Shown: positions 26,926-35,184 of the stretch, piece after piece
How the letters are laid out: the number at the start of each line of letters is the position of its first letter
Numbering within the stretch: position 1 is the stretch's first letter
From: a virus
Lineage: Duplodnaviria; Caudoviricetes
Direction: 5' to 3' (one strand)
DNA length: 35,184 nt
Virus record (IMG/VR): IMGVR_UViG_3300044623_001196
Coordinates: 1-35,184 of that record
The notes under the pieces: model-generated
Told to the model about the DNA's origin: nothing
Databases searched by the model: none
What the model saw: the letters and a program-made list of their open reading frames with translations, nothing else
Program-made: the position numbers and the translations under genes

Positions 26926-27681
26926 ATGGCGCATTCAGGATTATCCCCAGTGTCTGGTGGATCTACTATAGACCATTCCAGTCAAGTTACTAAGATAATA
27001 GTAGACCCTCATGAGGCAGATTCTTTTGTTATAGATTTAAGTGCAACTGGGGGCATTTCAAAAAAGTATTCTGTCAGTGAAGACAATAGCCAAGAACTAA
27101 GGGCTGCCGGTAGAGAGGATAGATCTAAGATGATAGCCAACTCTTTAAGAAGATTCTCAGCACAGTCAGAAGTAAACGCTGCCCCGCCTGCATTAGGAAA
27201 GGTTTCTTCTACTGTAGACGGAGGCAACCATGTCCATCCTTCAGCGGAGCTTCCTGATTCCGCAGTTATACCTCCATCGGTTAGGGTATATTTCGATCTT
27301 CCTGGTTTGGCTAGCCTTAACTATAAGTATCACGGAGCTTCTGTAGTCACTGGTTATCTAGTACTTACTACTGATATGCGATACGCAGGCCCTGGGGAAT
27401 TCTACCCGTTTACTAGCAACAGCCATATTGCAGGGGATGCCCCTCCCCAGATAGGCGTAATGGTAGATGGAATAGATAGGCTGTTTGCTATAGTTCCCCC
27501 TGTCATAAAGCACAAGTTCGGACCTTATGAACATTGCATTCTTCCCATATCTCAAGAAAGAGATTTACCTAAAGAGTTAAGAAGAAAGCTCGAAGGTTCT
27601 GAAAAAGTAGAGGCGTCTCCACAAGCGGTTGAAGAGTCTACAAAGACTGGCCTACCAGAACTAGACGAAGGCGTACTATAA
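26926..27681 (+). CDS. Hypothetical protein upstream of portal
   Basis: Open frame after the terminator and an AT-rich intergenic region. Confidence 0.7.
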   Translation: MAHSGLSPVSGGSTIDHSSQVTKIIVDPHEADSFVIDLSATGGISKKYSVSEDNSQELRAAGREDRSKMIANSLRRFSAQSEVNAAPPALGKVSSTVDGGNHVHPSAELPDSAVIPPSVRVYFDLPGLASLNYKYHGASVVTGYLVLTTDMRYAGPGEFYPFTSNSHIAGDAPPQIGVMVDGIDRLFAIVPPVIKHKFGPYEHCILPISQERDLPKELRRKLEGSEKVEASPQAVEESTKTGLPELDEGVL

Positions 27682-27729
27682 TCTATTTGCTTTTAAAGCA
27701 GCTAATTTTTGTTACCGTTAGGAGAGTGC

Positions 27730-29682
27730 ATGTCAGATTTTAACGACGGAACTGTAGGAAAGGGTTGGTCTTTAAACAACCCAGGAAGTGAGCCTTTCCC
27801 AGATCCTTTTATGGATTATGCTTCTACAGTAATGCCTGAAAACATTAGGGACGCTTTAAAGTATTGCGAATTTATATTTAACTCTAACTCTATGATTAGA
27901 GAATCCGCTAGAAGAGTTCTAAGTTACTTCATAACAGATATAGAGGTTAAGGGTTTAAACGGAAAAGACATAGGGGATGACGAGAAAGAAAAGTACGAAG
28001 ATTTTATGAATGAGTCTTTAGACATAAAGACTGTAATGCACTCTGTTGGCTTAGATTACCTTTGTTACGGCAATAGCTTTACTACTTTAATAGTACCATT
28101 TAGGCGATACCTAAGCTGCCCTAAGTGCAGTCTTGACGTACCTCTTCGTCAAATCATGTCCGAAACTAATTATAATTTTAAGTGGAAAATGCCTGAGTTT
28201 AGCGCGGTATGCCCTAAGTGTAAATACGCGGGAGCATGGAAAAGAACGGACAGAAGAACAAACGAGCCCGATGAGGTTAGAGTTAGAAGATGGCCAGCCA
28301 TAGAGATGGAAATTAGGTACGACCCTATCCGAGATAACAGGGACTATCTGTGGAGAATACCGGAAGACTATAGGACCCAAGTCAAGAGGGGGGATCCCCA
28401 AGTACTTGAGACAGTACCGTGGGAAGTGGTAGAGGCCGTACAGGCTAATGGATTTTTGCTATTTGACAAAGGCGCAATTTACCATATGTATGAGCCTACG
28501 CTTTCAGGTATTAGGTCTAGAGGATGGGGTATATCTAGAACGCTAGTTAATTTTAGGCACGCTTGGTATTGTCAAGTACTTCACCGATACAACGAGGCTA
28601 TAGCCTTGGATTATGTAATACCTTTTAGGGTATTGAGCCCAGCCCCTAGTCCGACTGCTATGCCAGAGGGCGGCGATCCCTTAATGAATATGGACTTAGG
28701 CGGATTGCGGGGTCAGGTTCAAGCTATGCTTAGGAAAAGAAGAAAGGATCCAGCTTCTTGGCATTTCCTTTCTACTCCTATCCAGTATCAAGCTTTAGGT
28801 GGTGAAGCTAAAAATCTAGCTCCTAATGATCTTATGGAGTCAGGTATAAATATGCTTCTGAATGGGTTCGGCATGCCAGCAGAGTTATACCGTGGCAGTT
28901 TAACCATGCAGTCGGCTCTTCCGGCTATAAGGCTTTTTGAGTCAAGCTGGGTTTATTTAGTTCATTCTATGAATGCATTTTTGCGTGAACTGACTAAAGA
29001 CATAGGAGATGCTTTTGGCTGGGAGCCCGCTTCTTGTAAATTTATTAAACCTACTATGCTTGATGACGTCCAGTTGGTTATGAGCAAGATGCAGCTGATG
29101 CAGGCTCAGCAAGTAAGCCAGACTGGCGTATTAAGAAGCTTAGGTATGGACTTCAAGGATGAGCAAAGGCAGATAATGCAAGAAGAAAGGTTCAAGCAAG
29201 AAGAGCAGGCTAAAATGCAGGAAGCCATGGATAAGTCGTCTCTTAAAGAACAGATGGCTCCGCCTGTAGCCACTCAGATAGCACAAGGTGGGGATCCTGC
29301 TGCTGCAGGTGCACCTCCCGCTGGCGGTGCTCCGGCTGCTGGTGGTGCTCCTCCCGCGGCAGGTGGTCCTGCTTTGGGTCAGGGGGGAGGTCTTCCGGCT
29401 CCTCAAGGTCCAGCAGGTGCTGCCGCTCAAAACGTCTCTTTGTCTACTCCTACAGCTCCAGGGGAGAAGGTTACTCCTCAGGATATGCAAGCAAAGGCTG
29501 AGAGTATAGCTAATCAGTTGTTAGCTATGCCTGAATCGCAAAGGCAGTCTGAGATGACTAAGTTAAAGTCTCAGGACCCTGTGATACACAGCTTAGTAAA
29601 ACAGACTATAGTTAACATAAGACAGCAGGCACAGAGTGCGGGCGCTAGGTCTATTATGCAGCAGCAATACGGCGTTATGTAA
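27730..29682 (+). CDS. Probable phage portal protein with zinc-ribbon insertion and low-complexity tail
   Basis: ATG at 27730 after AGGAG. Portal-like order of motifs: IRESARRVLSYF.TDIE, DYLCYGNSF, IYHM...RGWGIS, NGFGMP.EL. Also CPKC-x27-CPKC and a Gln/Ala/Gly/Pro-rich C-terminus. Confidence 0.7.
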   Translation: MSDFNDGTVGKGWSLNNPGSEPFPDPFMDYASTVMPENIRDALKYCEFIFNSNSMIRESARRVLSYFITDIEVKGLNGKDIGDDEKEKYEDFMNESLDIKTVMHSVGLDYLCYGNSFTTLIVPFRRYLSCPKCSLDVPLRQIMSETNYNFKWKMPEFSAVCPKCKYAGAWKRTDRRTNEPDEVRVRRWPAIEMEIRYDPIRDNRDYLWRIPEDYRTQVKRGDPQVLETVPWEVVEAVQANGFLLFDKGAIYHMYEPTLSGIRSRGWGISRTLVNFRHAWYCQVLHRYNEAIALDYVIPFRVLSPAPSPTAMPEGGDPLMNMDLGGLRGQVQAMLRKRRKDPASWHFLSTPIQYQALGGEAKNLAPNDLMESGINMLLNGFGMPAELYRGSLTMQSALPAIRLFESSWVYLVHSMNAFLRELTKDIGDAFGWEPASCKFIKPTMLDDVQLVMSKMQLMQAQQVSQTGVLRSLGMDFKDEQRQIMQEERFKQEEQAKMQEAMDKSSLKEQMAPPVATQIAQGGDPAAAGAPPAGGAPAAGGAPPAAGGPALGQGGGLPAPQGPAGAAAQNVSLSTPTAPGEKVTPQDMQAKAESIANQLLAMPESQRQSEMTKLKSQDPVIHSLVKQTIVNIRQQAQSAGARSIMQQQYGVM

Positions 29683-29684
29683 TA

Positions 29685-29712
29685 TTGTCATAAATTTGTT
29701 ATGGGGTATAAT
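29685..29712 (+). promoter_or_regulatory. Possible sigma70-type promoter
   Basis: TTGTCA-16 nt-TATAAT. If it is used, the CAP gene start must be downstream of 29715. Confidence 0.4.
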
Positions 29713-29714
29713 GC

Positions 29715-30239
29715 ATGGAGGTAATAAGCAGTTTTATAAGCATGGTGCTGGATATATCATCTAGTAAAATGCAAGGCAGTAAGACAGACATGCCGATAAA
29801 CAAAGAACACGCTGTTTTTTTAGACCTGCACAATAAGACTAGGGAAGTTTATAACTTAAACCCTTTAGAAGAAGATAAGGGGTGTTTGTTAGTTGCACAG
29901 TCCCATGCTACTTGGATGGCTAGGGCGGCCTCTTTAAGCCATCTAGGCTTTAGTTTTTTTGGCCCACCTCAAAGGCTAGCAGTCATAGGAAAGGAGCCCT
30001 CTAGGATAGGCGAGTGCATATCTTTTTCTAGATCTTTATCGGCTTCTGATGTAATGAAGCAATGGTTTAATTCTAGTACCCACAAAAACATAATTTTAGG
30101 AAACTATAGTAAATTTGGTGTAGGTACTGACACATGCGACCAAGGGTATGTTTACTGGTGCGCTATATATACAGACGGAACTACAACTGCCTCATCTCCA
30201 ATTCTACAGTTGTCGGATAGTTTAATAGAGCCTAAATAA
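29715..30239 (+). CDS. CAP (SCP/PR-1) domain protein (start uncertain)
   Basis: LHNKTR...L..L...AQSHA.WMA...LSH, GECI, W.NS.TH..IILG, FGVG and YW. Confidence 0.88.
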   Translation: MEVISSFISMVLDISSSKMQGSKTDMPINKEHAVFLDLHNKTREVYNLNPLEEDKGCLLVAQSHATWMARAASLSHLGFSFFGPPQRLAVIGKEPSRIGECISFSRSLSASDVMKQWFNSSTHKNIILGNYSKFGVGTDTCDQGYVYWCAIYTDGTTTASSPILQLSDSLIEPK

Positions 30240-30254
30240 ATAGAAAGGAAAGAC

Positions 30255-31022
30255 ATGACAGAGGTTATGGTAGGTACAGTAGCTTCGCCTTCTCTACGCA
30301 ACGAAGGCTGGAAGACTTTGCAATCTTTGTTTCTTGGCAAATCTGAATCCGTAAAAATATCTAAATTTGTATCGTGTAGCCGAACAGACCCAGAGATATG
30401 GGCCAGTGAAGGTTATACGGTTATAAGCTCTACTAAGACAAATTTTGGAAGAGCATATGCTATTATGAAATTAGTGGAACATTTTAAGGATAGCAATTTT
30501 GACTGGTTACTCCTTTTGGATAGTGATGCTTTTCCATTTGCCCCTGATTGGTTCAGGATATGTACTTCAATGATGGAGAGCAGAGGTAAGTTTGGGGTGT
30601 CCGTTGTCAGGCATGAGAACTTTGAAAACACTCCTAGCCCCTGTGTTTTCTTTGTAAACAGGGCCATACTTAAATTAGGTTTGGCATTTGATGCAGTAGA
30701 GTCTATAAATCCTTTAGGCGATACGGTAGAGGACATAACCGTAACCAGCCCTCAAATAAGGGATTCTTTAGTACCACTTGTTAGAACTAATAAAATTAAT
30801 TACCATCCGCTATTTGGCGGCACTTACGGTAGGATGTTTTACCATCACGGTGCGGGTAATCTTGGATCGGACTTGACTAGGGTAGCTACATCTGGAATGT
30901 GCGATCATTTTATCCCAGTAAAGGGTCATTCTAAAATAGAAGAGGCCATGTTTGCTAGAATACAGGACACGCCAAAAGAATACTTAAACGAATTAATAAA
31001 TGGCATACCATTATCCACATGA
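30255..31022 (+). CDS. Nucleotide-diphospho-sugar transferase-like protein
   Basis: WLLLLDSDAF DxD motif and FYHHG; first gene of the glycan cluster. Confidence 0.6.
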   Translation: MTEVMVGTVASPSLRNEGWKTLQSLFLGKSESVKISKFVSCSRTDPEIWASEGYTVISSTKTNFGRAYAIMKLVEHFKDSNFDWLLLLDSDAFPFAPDWFRICTSMMESRGKFGVSVVRHENFENTPSPCVFFVNRAILKLGLAFDAVESINPLGDTVEDITVTSPQIRDSLVPLVRTNKINYHPLFGGTYGRMFYHHGAGNLGSDLTRVATSGMCDHFIPVKGHSKIEEAMFARIQDTPKEYLNELINGIPLST

Positions 31023-31633
31023 TACTTATTAATTTTTTCAAATGGTTTAAAGATTTTAAATCTGACAAGCCTTGGCTTATAGTCGGCAAGGGTCCTTCTT
31101 TTGACAGAATAGGTGAAGTGGATTTAACTCAATATAATGTTATTGGTCTTAACCATGTTATCTATAAGATAGACTGTTTGCTTGGAAGTATCATAGATGT
31201 AGATGTGATACAAATGTCGGAAGAAAGACCTAAATGCCTACATATTGTAACACCTTGGTATCCGCATATAAACTTTAAGCCAACTAGAAAGAGTATAGCT
31301 GATTTTATTGGCGAGCCTTGGTGTGATAAAGTGGGTACGTCTCTATGGTATAACAGCAGTAGATCCAGTAGAGATAAGGCTCCTTCTGGGGGCCCTATAG
31401 TAACAGTAAAGTGTTTTAACGCAGTTGCGGTTGTTAATCTTCTGGGTTCAGTAAAAGTAAAAGAAGTTATGACAGTAGGGGTAGACGGGGGCAAGGAGTA
31501 TTCTAAGTTTTTTAAAAAAGACACTCTCTTATCTAACGGTAGGGAATCTTTCGATTGTCAAAGCAGTGAATTTAAAAATTCTAAACGTAATCTAGGTATA
31601 TCAGTCATTCCGTTATTCAAAAAGATTAACTAA
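31019..31633 (+). CDS. Maf/DUF115 (sialyltransferase-like Rossmann fold) protein
   Basis: LIVGKGPS, VIGLN and V..VGVDG motifs. Confidence 0.65.
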   Translation: MILINFFKWFKDFKSDKPWLIVGKGPSFDRIGEVDLTQYNVIGLNHVIYKIDCLLGSIIDVDVIQMSEERPKCLHIVTPWYPHINFKPTRKSIADFIGEPWCDKVGTSLWYNSSRSSRDKAPSGGPIVTVKCFNAVAVVNLLGSVKVKEVMTVGVDGGKEYSKFFKKDTLLSNGRESFDCQSSEFKNSKRNLGISVIPLFKKIN

Positions 31634-31652
31634 AAATAATGAGAAGTATAAT

Positions 31653-32897
31653 ATGAGCTACTTTTCCATAATTACCCCTACTCATGACGCTTCTCATTTA
31701 CTCAGAGCAGCAGCTTCTTTAGAGGCTCAGGCATTTAAAGATTTTGAGTGGATAATCTTGCCCAATAATGGGGCTAGGCTTCCTGATTTAGACAAGCTAC
31801 CTAATTGTAAAATAGTTACTTCTAGTGATGAGTTGTCTAAACGTATTGGGTTGTTTAAAAAAGAATGCTGCATGGCTGCATCTGGCAATGTTATAGTAGA
31901 GTTAGATCATGATGACGAGCTTACTCCTAATTGCTTAGAGGAACTTTACAAAGTTTTTTCCGAAGAACAGTCTATAGACTTTGCTTACTCTAATCATATT
32001 ACATTTGACGCTAACTTAAACTATTCAGTTTTTACCGGTGGTGGCTGGAGCAGTCGAGACTTTGATTACAAAGGTAAAACTATTAAAGAGCAGATTGCGT
32101 TTGCTCCGTCTGCGTGTTCTTTTTCAAAAATATGGTATGCTCCTAACCATGTAAGATCTTGGAAAAAATCTTTTTATGATAGCATAGGTGGTCACGATGC
32201 TTCTTTATCAGTTTTAGACGATCAAGATTTACTTTCAAGAACTTATATAGATGGTAATGTTAAATGGGTAGATAAATGTTTATATGTTTACCATGTTCAC
32301 GGAGCAAACACCTGCTACGGGGATGGAAATGCTTTTATACAAGAAGAGACTCTAAACATACATGACAAGTATATATATCAGATGGCAGAAAAATGGGCGG
32401 ATTTAAACGGTCTTCTTAAAATAGATCTTTGTGGGGGTTTAGCTGGGGAAAGGGGTTACACTACTATAGACCGTAAAAATTCCGACATCATTCACGACTT
32501 AGATAAGCCTTGGCCATTTAAAGATGGGGAGGTTGGGGTTATAAGGGCGCATGACTCTATAGAGCATTTGATTAGTCCTATACATACAATGCTAGAGGCT
32601 AGTCGGTCTCTGGCTCCTTTAGGGTGGTTCCTAACTCAAACTCCATCTACTGACGGTAGAGGGGCATTTCAAGACCCTACTCACGTATCTTTCTGGAATA
32701 AGAATTCTTTTTGGTATTACACTAATGAAATTCACGCTAAATATATAGGTCTTCCTGCATTATTCCATGCCAGCAGAATAAAAGATTATTACCCCAGTCA
32801 ATACTGTGTAGAAAATAAAATATTGTATACTAAGGCGGATTTAATTAAGCTTCCTAATAAGGAATCATCTATAGTGGTACCGGGCCACCAATATTGA
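31653..32897 (+). CDS. GT2 glycosyltransferase fused to class I SAM-methyltransferase-like domain
   Basis: N-terminal FSIITPT, ELDHDD and DDQDL; C-terminal IDLCGG, DLDKPWPF, AHDSIEHL and AFQDPTHVSFW. Confidence 0.85.
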   Translation: MSYFSIITPTHDASHLLRAAASLEAQAFKDFEWIILPNNGARLPDLDKLPNCKIVTSSDELSKRIGLFKKECCMAASGNVIVELDHDDELTPNCLEELYKVFSEEQSIDFAYSNHITFDANLNYSVFTGGGWSSRDFDYKGKTIKEQIAFAPSACSFSKIWYAPNHVRSWKKSFYDSIGGHDASLSVLDDQDLLSRTYIDGNVKWVDKCLYVYHVHGANTCYGDGNAFIQEETLNIHDKYIYQMAEKWADLNGLLKIDLCGGLAGERGYTTIDRKNSDIIHDLDKPWPFKDGEVGVIRAHDSIEHLISPIHTMLEASRSLAPLGWFLTQTPSTDGRGAFQDPTHVSFWNKNSFWYYTNEIHAKYIGLPALFHASRIKDYYPSQYCVENKILYTKADLIKLPNKESSIVVPGHQY

Positions 32898-32908
32898 AAG
32901 GGTATATT

Positions 32909-33673
32909 ATGTCAGAAGTAGTTAAGATTTTTGTTGGAACAGAGGTTAAAACTAAAATAGCTTTAGACGTTTTGTCTTATTCTATAAAGTCTAGATCTTC
33001 TTTGCCTGTAGAGATAACCCCTATGATAGGGGAAGGTTGGGAAGTACCTAAAAATCTACACCAAGGTACGGGTTTTAGCCTGAGGAGGTTCATGATACCA
33101 AAGGCTTGCGGCTTTGAGGGACACGCTATTTACCTAGACGCAGATCAGATTGTTCTTGGGGATATAGCGGAGCTATGGGGTTATAAGGAAACTATGGGTA
33201 CGCAATACTCAGTGGCCTGTACTTATCAAAAGGATAAGCATAGTAACTCTCCGTCGCCTCAGACATCTGTGATGCTGATTGATTGTAATATGTGTGAATG
33301 GGTTCCTGATGAGCTATGGCAGCTTTTGTTAAAAGGTTATAACTATGCTAAATTAATGCATTTAGGGTTTATGAAAAGTCCTATTTTAAAAATACCTAGT
33401 TATTGGAATCATTTAAATACGCACGAGGATACCGTAACTCGTTTGCTACATTATACCAAAGAACCGGAGCAGCCTTGGTATAAACCAGACCATCCTTTAT
33501 CTGGACTATGGAAAATGGAGTTAATAAAAGCTATAAACGCTGGAGATGTAACAAGGGAGGACTTTGTTAGCGCCTTAGCTCTTTGGAAGGCGCCTAAGAT
33601 AGACCACAGAAAAACACAAGGGCTTCATCCTTATTATAGTAAGTTTTTGAAGGAGTTTGATAAGCCGAAATAG
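32909..33673 (+). CDS. GT8-like glycosyltransferase
   Basis: IFVG, TGFSLRRFMIP, AIYLDADQ, TSVMLIDC, WNHL and LLHYT. Confidence 0.82.
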   Translation: MSEVVKIFVGTEVKTKIALDVLSYSIKSRSSLPVEITPMIGEGWEVPKNLHQGTGFSLRRFMIPKACGFEGHAIYLDADQIVLGDIAELWGYKETMGTQYSVACTYQKDKHSNSPSPQTSVMLIDCNMCEWVPDELWQLLLKGYNYAKLMHLGFMKSPILKIPSYWNHLNTHEDTVTRLLHYTKEPEQPWYKPDHPLSGLWKMELIKAINAGDVTREDFVSALALWKAPKIDHRKTQGLHPYYSKFLKEFDKPK

Positions 33674-33686
33674 CTTAGGTGAACTT

Positions 33687-34403
33687 ATGCGCATATCCGA
33701 TTTGTATAATAAGCACTCAGGGGAGGATATATACGTAGTAGGTACTGGACCCACTTTACGTATGTTACCTAAAGGATTTTTTAATAACAAAACAGCAATA
33801 GGGCTTAATCAGGCCTATAAAACATTTGACCTTACTTACGCTATAACAGTTCATCCTGAGTTAATAAAGGGGTACAAAGAATTTGTAAAAGAGGGTAAAT
33901 GTAAAAAAACTAAATGGGTTGTGTGCTCTGTAAAAATGCCACTTAAGTTAGGACTTAACGATGCAAAATATTATGTATATAATAGAAGCGATGATTGGAA
34001 ATGTTTTATTAAAAGAACCCCAGATAGCCTATTCTGTGGACGGGGTATTCAGCAGACTGCAATAGATTTAGCTGGAAGAATGGGTGCTACTAATATAGTA
34101 TTAGTAGGAGTTGATATGGAATCCTTAGGTGGAGATCACCACGGGCACAATCAGCATGTGAGATTTCAGGGTATAAGCCCAGAGGACGTATATAAAGAAT
34201 ATAGGATTTGGACATATAAAGCCAAGAAGTTAGCTAGAGAATATCATGGAATTAGTGTATTATCTCTTTCTCCCCTTTTAGGGTGCGGGGGGTCTATACA
34301 TAACTCTGACTACGAACAGTTAAGGGTTGAGATGGGGTTGGAACCTTTAGATAAGCCAAAAGATATTTCTAAAAAAAATAGGAAAAGAATCGACCCCGCT
34401 TAG
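33687..34403 (+). CDS. Maf/DUF115 (sialyltransferase-like Rossmann fold) protein
   Basis: IYVVGTGPTL, IGLN and MGATNIVLVGVD motifs. Confidence 0.7.
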   Translation: MRISDLYNKHSGEDIYVVGTGPTLRMLPKGFFNNKTAIGLNQAYKTFDLTYAITVHPELIKGYKEFVKEGKCKKTKWVVCSVKMPLKLGLNDAKYYVYNRSDDWKCFIKRTPDSLFCGRGIQQTAIDLAGRMGATNIVLVGVDMESLGGDHHGHNQHVRFQGISPEDVYKEYRIWTYKAKKLAREYHGISVLSLSPLLGCGGSIHNSDYEQLRVEMGLEPLDKPKDISKKNRKRIDPA

Positions 34404-34443
34404 TGTTACTTATGTTAATTTATTTTACACAAAGGAAAGAAAA

Positions 34444-35184
34444 ATGGAAAAGAGACACGTTAATCTAATCAACGCAGTAGGGGCATTATCTAATTCAAGC
34501 AAGAAAAACAAGCCGTTCCGAGTAGTGACTGTTGGCGATACCGATGGGCAAATATCATTATCTATGATTAAGACTGCTAAGAACTCTGGAAGAACTAACA
34601 TAGAGTATTTTGCTTTCGATATTCATAATCCCGATGCTGTAGGCGAGCGTTCTGAATCTATTAACCGAGATAGAATAAGGGCACTAGTTGGCTTGGAAGG
34701 AGTTAAAAAAACAAGAATTTTAGGTGGGGATAGTGTCAGTAGCATAAGCAAGGTAGCTGGCGACATCATTATCGCTAACATCGTATATATATCAGCGGAA
34801 TTCGGAGTTAGAAGATTAGCCGCTAATTTACAAGACATACTACCATTCTGCAACGAGAGCTCTGTAATAATGGTGGATTGCCTATTCCCTTCCGACTATT
34901 CTAAGGGAAGCGCATTCGTTTTAAAGTCATACGGCTATCTTAAAAAGAAAGGTATAACTGTAGAGGAAGTAGGCCCTGCCGACGAGATTTACCCTTACGA
35001 TTCTAATGCTGTTACTATACCCCCCGTAGTAAAGATGCTAAAAATAACTTGCAAGTCTCAGGCTACTGAGACGTATTTATCCGGGCTGGCTTCCGCTCTA
35101 TTAATGGAGGCGTCTCTACAACCTAATGAATCAGTTACAGAGGTATCTGAATTTATACCTGAAAAGTCATTCTTAGAGGATACG
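34444..35184 (+). CDS. Degenerate class I methyltransferase-fold protein (3'-truncated; not in ORF track)
   Basis: ATG at 34444 after AAGGA, open to the window end: MEKRHVNLINAVG...VVTVGDTDG...YFAFD...GGDS...IVYISA...VIMVD. Confidence 0.6.
   Translation, partial: MEKRHVNLINAVGALSNSSKKNKPFRVVTVGDTDGQISLSMIKTAKNSGRTNIEYFAFDIHNPDAVGERSESINRDRIRALVGLEGVKKTRILGGDSVSSISKVAGDIIIANIVYISAEFGVRRLAANLQDILPFCNESSVIMVDCLFPSDYSKGSAFVLKSYGYLKKKGITVEEVGPADEIYPYDSNAVTIPPVVKMLKITCKSQATETYLSGLASALLMEASLQPNESVTEVSEFIPEKSFLEDT

Noticed and set aside
11802-28221. Recurring TGCCCTAAGTG at about 11802, 28117 and 28210
   Set aside because: Each copy encodes CPKC; codon preference explains it.
317-34853. All minus-strand ORFs in the track, and short nested plus-strand ORFs (14040-14252, 15087-15278, 29288-29509)
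   Set aside because: They lie within or across longer + strand genes with motifs or RBSs and show no recognisable motifs; treated as shadow ORFs.
1-35184. Alternative genetic code (stop-codon reassignment) as in some large phages
   Set aside because: Coding density is high under the standard code, and TAA, TAG and TGA all end genes at sensible boundaries.

Overview
This AT-rich window has all credible genes on the + strand, tightly packed with many stop/start overlaps. It looks like part of a large (probably jumbo) tailed dsDNA phage genome. Bases 1-25.5 kb form a DNA replication/recombination/repair module: SbcC/Rad50 ATPase, SF2 helicase, DnaB helicase, DnaG primase, family-A DNA polymerase with an N-terminal UDG-like domain, a patch of small genes including a DenV-like glycosylase and a dNMP-kinase-like P-loop protein, a putative SSB, RecA/UvsX, DUF932- and DUF1016-like proteins, a glycosyltransferase, a DEDDh exonuclease and RuvC. 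Next come a short GC-richer two-gene island, a probable portal protein with a zinc-ribbon insert, a CAP-domain protein and a run of glycosyltransferase, Maf/DUF115-like and methyltransferase-fold genes. The best novelty candidate is a degenerate IS110/TIGR-Tas (Nop-domain)-like protein (1461-2360) embedded in the core operon and followed by a ~200 nt non-coding stretch with pairing potential. Other candidates are a compact hairpin plus three-way-junction element (11666-11757) and several apparent pseudoenzymes. All assignments are from motif recognition by eye; no searches were run.
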